Shown one piece after another: positions 62,701 through 64,000 of a DNA stretch of 64,000 nucleotides. The position numbers were made by a program, and so were the translations under genes. Within the stretch, counting starts at the first letter, position 1, and every line of letters starts with the position of its first letter. The notes below the pieces were generated by a model. It was not told the DNA's origin and did no database searches. It worked only from the letters and a program-made list of their open reading frames with translations. The DNA is from Candidatus Poribacteria bacterium. Its GTDB lineage: Bacteria; Poribacteria; WGA-4E; WGA-3G. The stretch lies in the NCBI GenBank assembly GCA_965205025.1, contig CBDBFU010000009.1, positions 128,001 through 192,000 of the forward strand, given 5' to 3'.

Positions 62701-63690
62701 TTACATGTGAAATTCAACCACATCTCCATCATGAATTACATCATTCCGACTAACAGGTTGACCGTCATGCCATTCAGGACCCCAGATACGTGCGAATTTG
62801 AATTCAGCAAAGTCTTTATGTAAACCCATCGCAGCATCAAGAACAGTTGAACCGTTGGTAAGAATAATTGGGTCGTCTCGTTCGATTGGTTTCCCAGGTG
62901 CTTTAGGGTAAACACGCACGATATCTAAGGTTTCATATAGATATTGTAATAGTATGTCTTTTCCTTCACCTGTTTCGGCGGAGAGAGGTAGGATCATGAT
63001 TTCATCTGCATAAAATTCAGTAAGAATTTCTAATCTATCATGTGCATCTAAGGAGTCTACTTGGTTTGCAATCACGGTAGGTTTTTCCTCGTCAGTAATA
63101 TTCTCTCCATCTTTTTCATCCTCCTCAATATTATTGCCTCTTTGCTCTCTTATTACAGAAAGCAACATATCCAATTCATCTAAGATATTATCATTTGCCA
63201 AACTTACAACACCTAAACATAAGTCCGCATTCCTAACTAAGGTTAATACTGCTGGTGAGATGAACTCAGGCATAATTGAGGGGGTATCTATTAATTGGAA
63301 TTGTATATTCTCATAAGGAAGCATCCCTACTCCGGGAGTAGTTGTAGTATAAGGTGTTGGGGAGACTTCAGCTTTTGCCTTCGTGAAGTTAGAAAGAATT
63401 GAGGATTTACCACTATTCGGAGGACCAAGTAGAACTATCTGACCTGCTCCTTGTTTTGGTATGTGTTCACTAAATCCTTTTTTGCCAGATCCCTTTGCTC
63501 CCTTCCCTGATGGACCTTTTTTTATTACAGCAATGCGTTTACGTAGATCAGAGACAACCTTTTCCGTACCCTTATGTTTAGGTACGATTCGTAACATCTC
63601 TTCAAGAAGCTCTAACCGTTCTTCATCCGTTTTGGCTGCTTCATGTTGATGTTTGAGTTTATAGTAGGTTGGGGGTAGGTTTGCAGGCAT
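62701..63690 (-). CDS. DRG/OBG-family GTPase with TGS domain
   Basis: MPANLPP.Y, PKHKGTE, GPPNSGKSS, PYTT, IQFQLIDTP, LSAETG, ARIWG, DGDVVEFH. Confidence 0.88.
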   Translation of the reverse strand: MPANLPPTYYKLKHQHEAAKTDEERLELLEEMLRIVPKHKGTEKVVSDLRKRIAVIKKGPSGKGAKGSGKKGFSEHIPKQGAGQIVLLGPPNSGKSSILSNFTKAKAEVSPTPYTTTTPGVGMLPYENIQFQLIDTPSIMPEFISPAVLTLVRNADLCLGVVSLANDNILDELDMLLSVIREQRGNNIEEDEKDGENITDEEKPTVIANQVDSLDAHDRLEILTEFYADEIMILPLSAETGEGKDILLQYLYETLDIVRVYPKAPGKPIERDDPIILTNGSTVLDAAMGLHKDFAEFKFARIWGPEWHDGQPVSRNDVIHDGDVVEFHM

Positions 63691-64000
63691 AATACAACTC
63701 CTAATCTTGTTTGCATTCACTCGCAATAACTGATAAAATCACAGGTGTGGGTACAGTAATATGGGATTTACTTTATGTATACAGCGTGTTGTTATACATA
63801 GAAGTTGGCTGTGTAAGAGTATAAAGAAAATCTCTATAATCGACTAATACAACCTGATTACATAGTATCAAAAATTCCGTCCTATGTCAAGACGATTTGA
63901 TAGATTCATTTGCAAACTTATTCTCCATAAATGCACTATTATTGTACTCTTATCCTTGAATTCTTCTTTATATGCATCATCGAATCATGGGGATGAACTT

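Overview
AT-rich bacterial window. The recurring C-terminal V-x-P-x-G-K-x-x-x-x-W-G/A-x-x-K motif and the PhyH, LamG, CRTAC1 and TolB-like genes suggest Candidatus Poribacteria, a sponge symbiont; this is inference. 1-7.3 kb is the str/S10 ribosomal cluster (rpsL-rpsG-fusA-tuf-rpsJ-rplC-rplD-rplW-rplB, minus strand). Next come nagA, folA, thyA, dut and tRNA-Arg(CCG). The most unusual region is 16.8-25.3 kb, a tandem array of the unit [TolB-like propeller -> <- variable secreted protein <- membrane-anchored constant/variable protein | back-to-back CTAAAG-N16-TATRTAA motifs | FliA/WhiG-like sigma factor ->], with signs of cassette insertion and gene conversion. 35.1-38.0 kb is a GC-richer island. 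It begins next to the orphan 3' tip of a gene carrying the C-terminal motif, and holds a HEXXH lipoprotein, a Patescibacteria-like membrane gene and a truncated thrombospondin-like Cys-rich gene. An IS630 element follows it. S12 carries K42N/P90S/G91N-equivalent substitutions. The rest is metabolic, transport, toxin-antitoxin and secreted-protein genes, with many MITE/REP-like repeats. Several single-base frameshifts may be assembly errors. All identifications are by eye from motifs; no searches were run.
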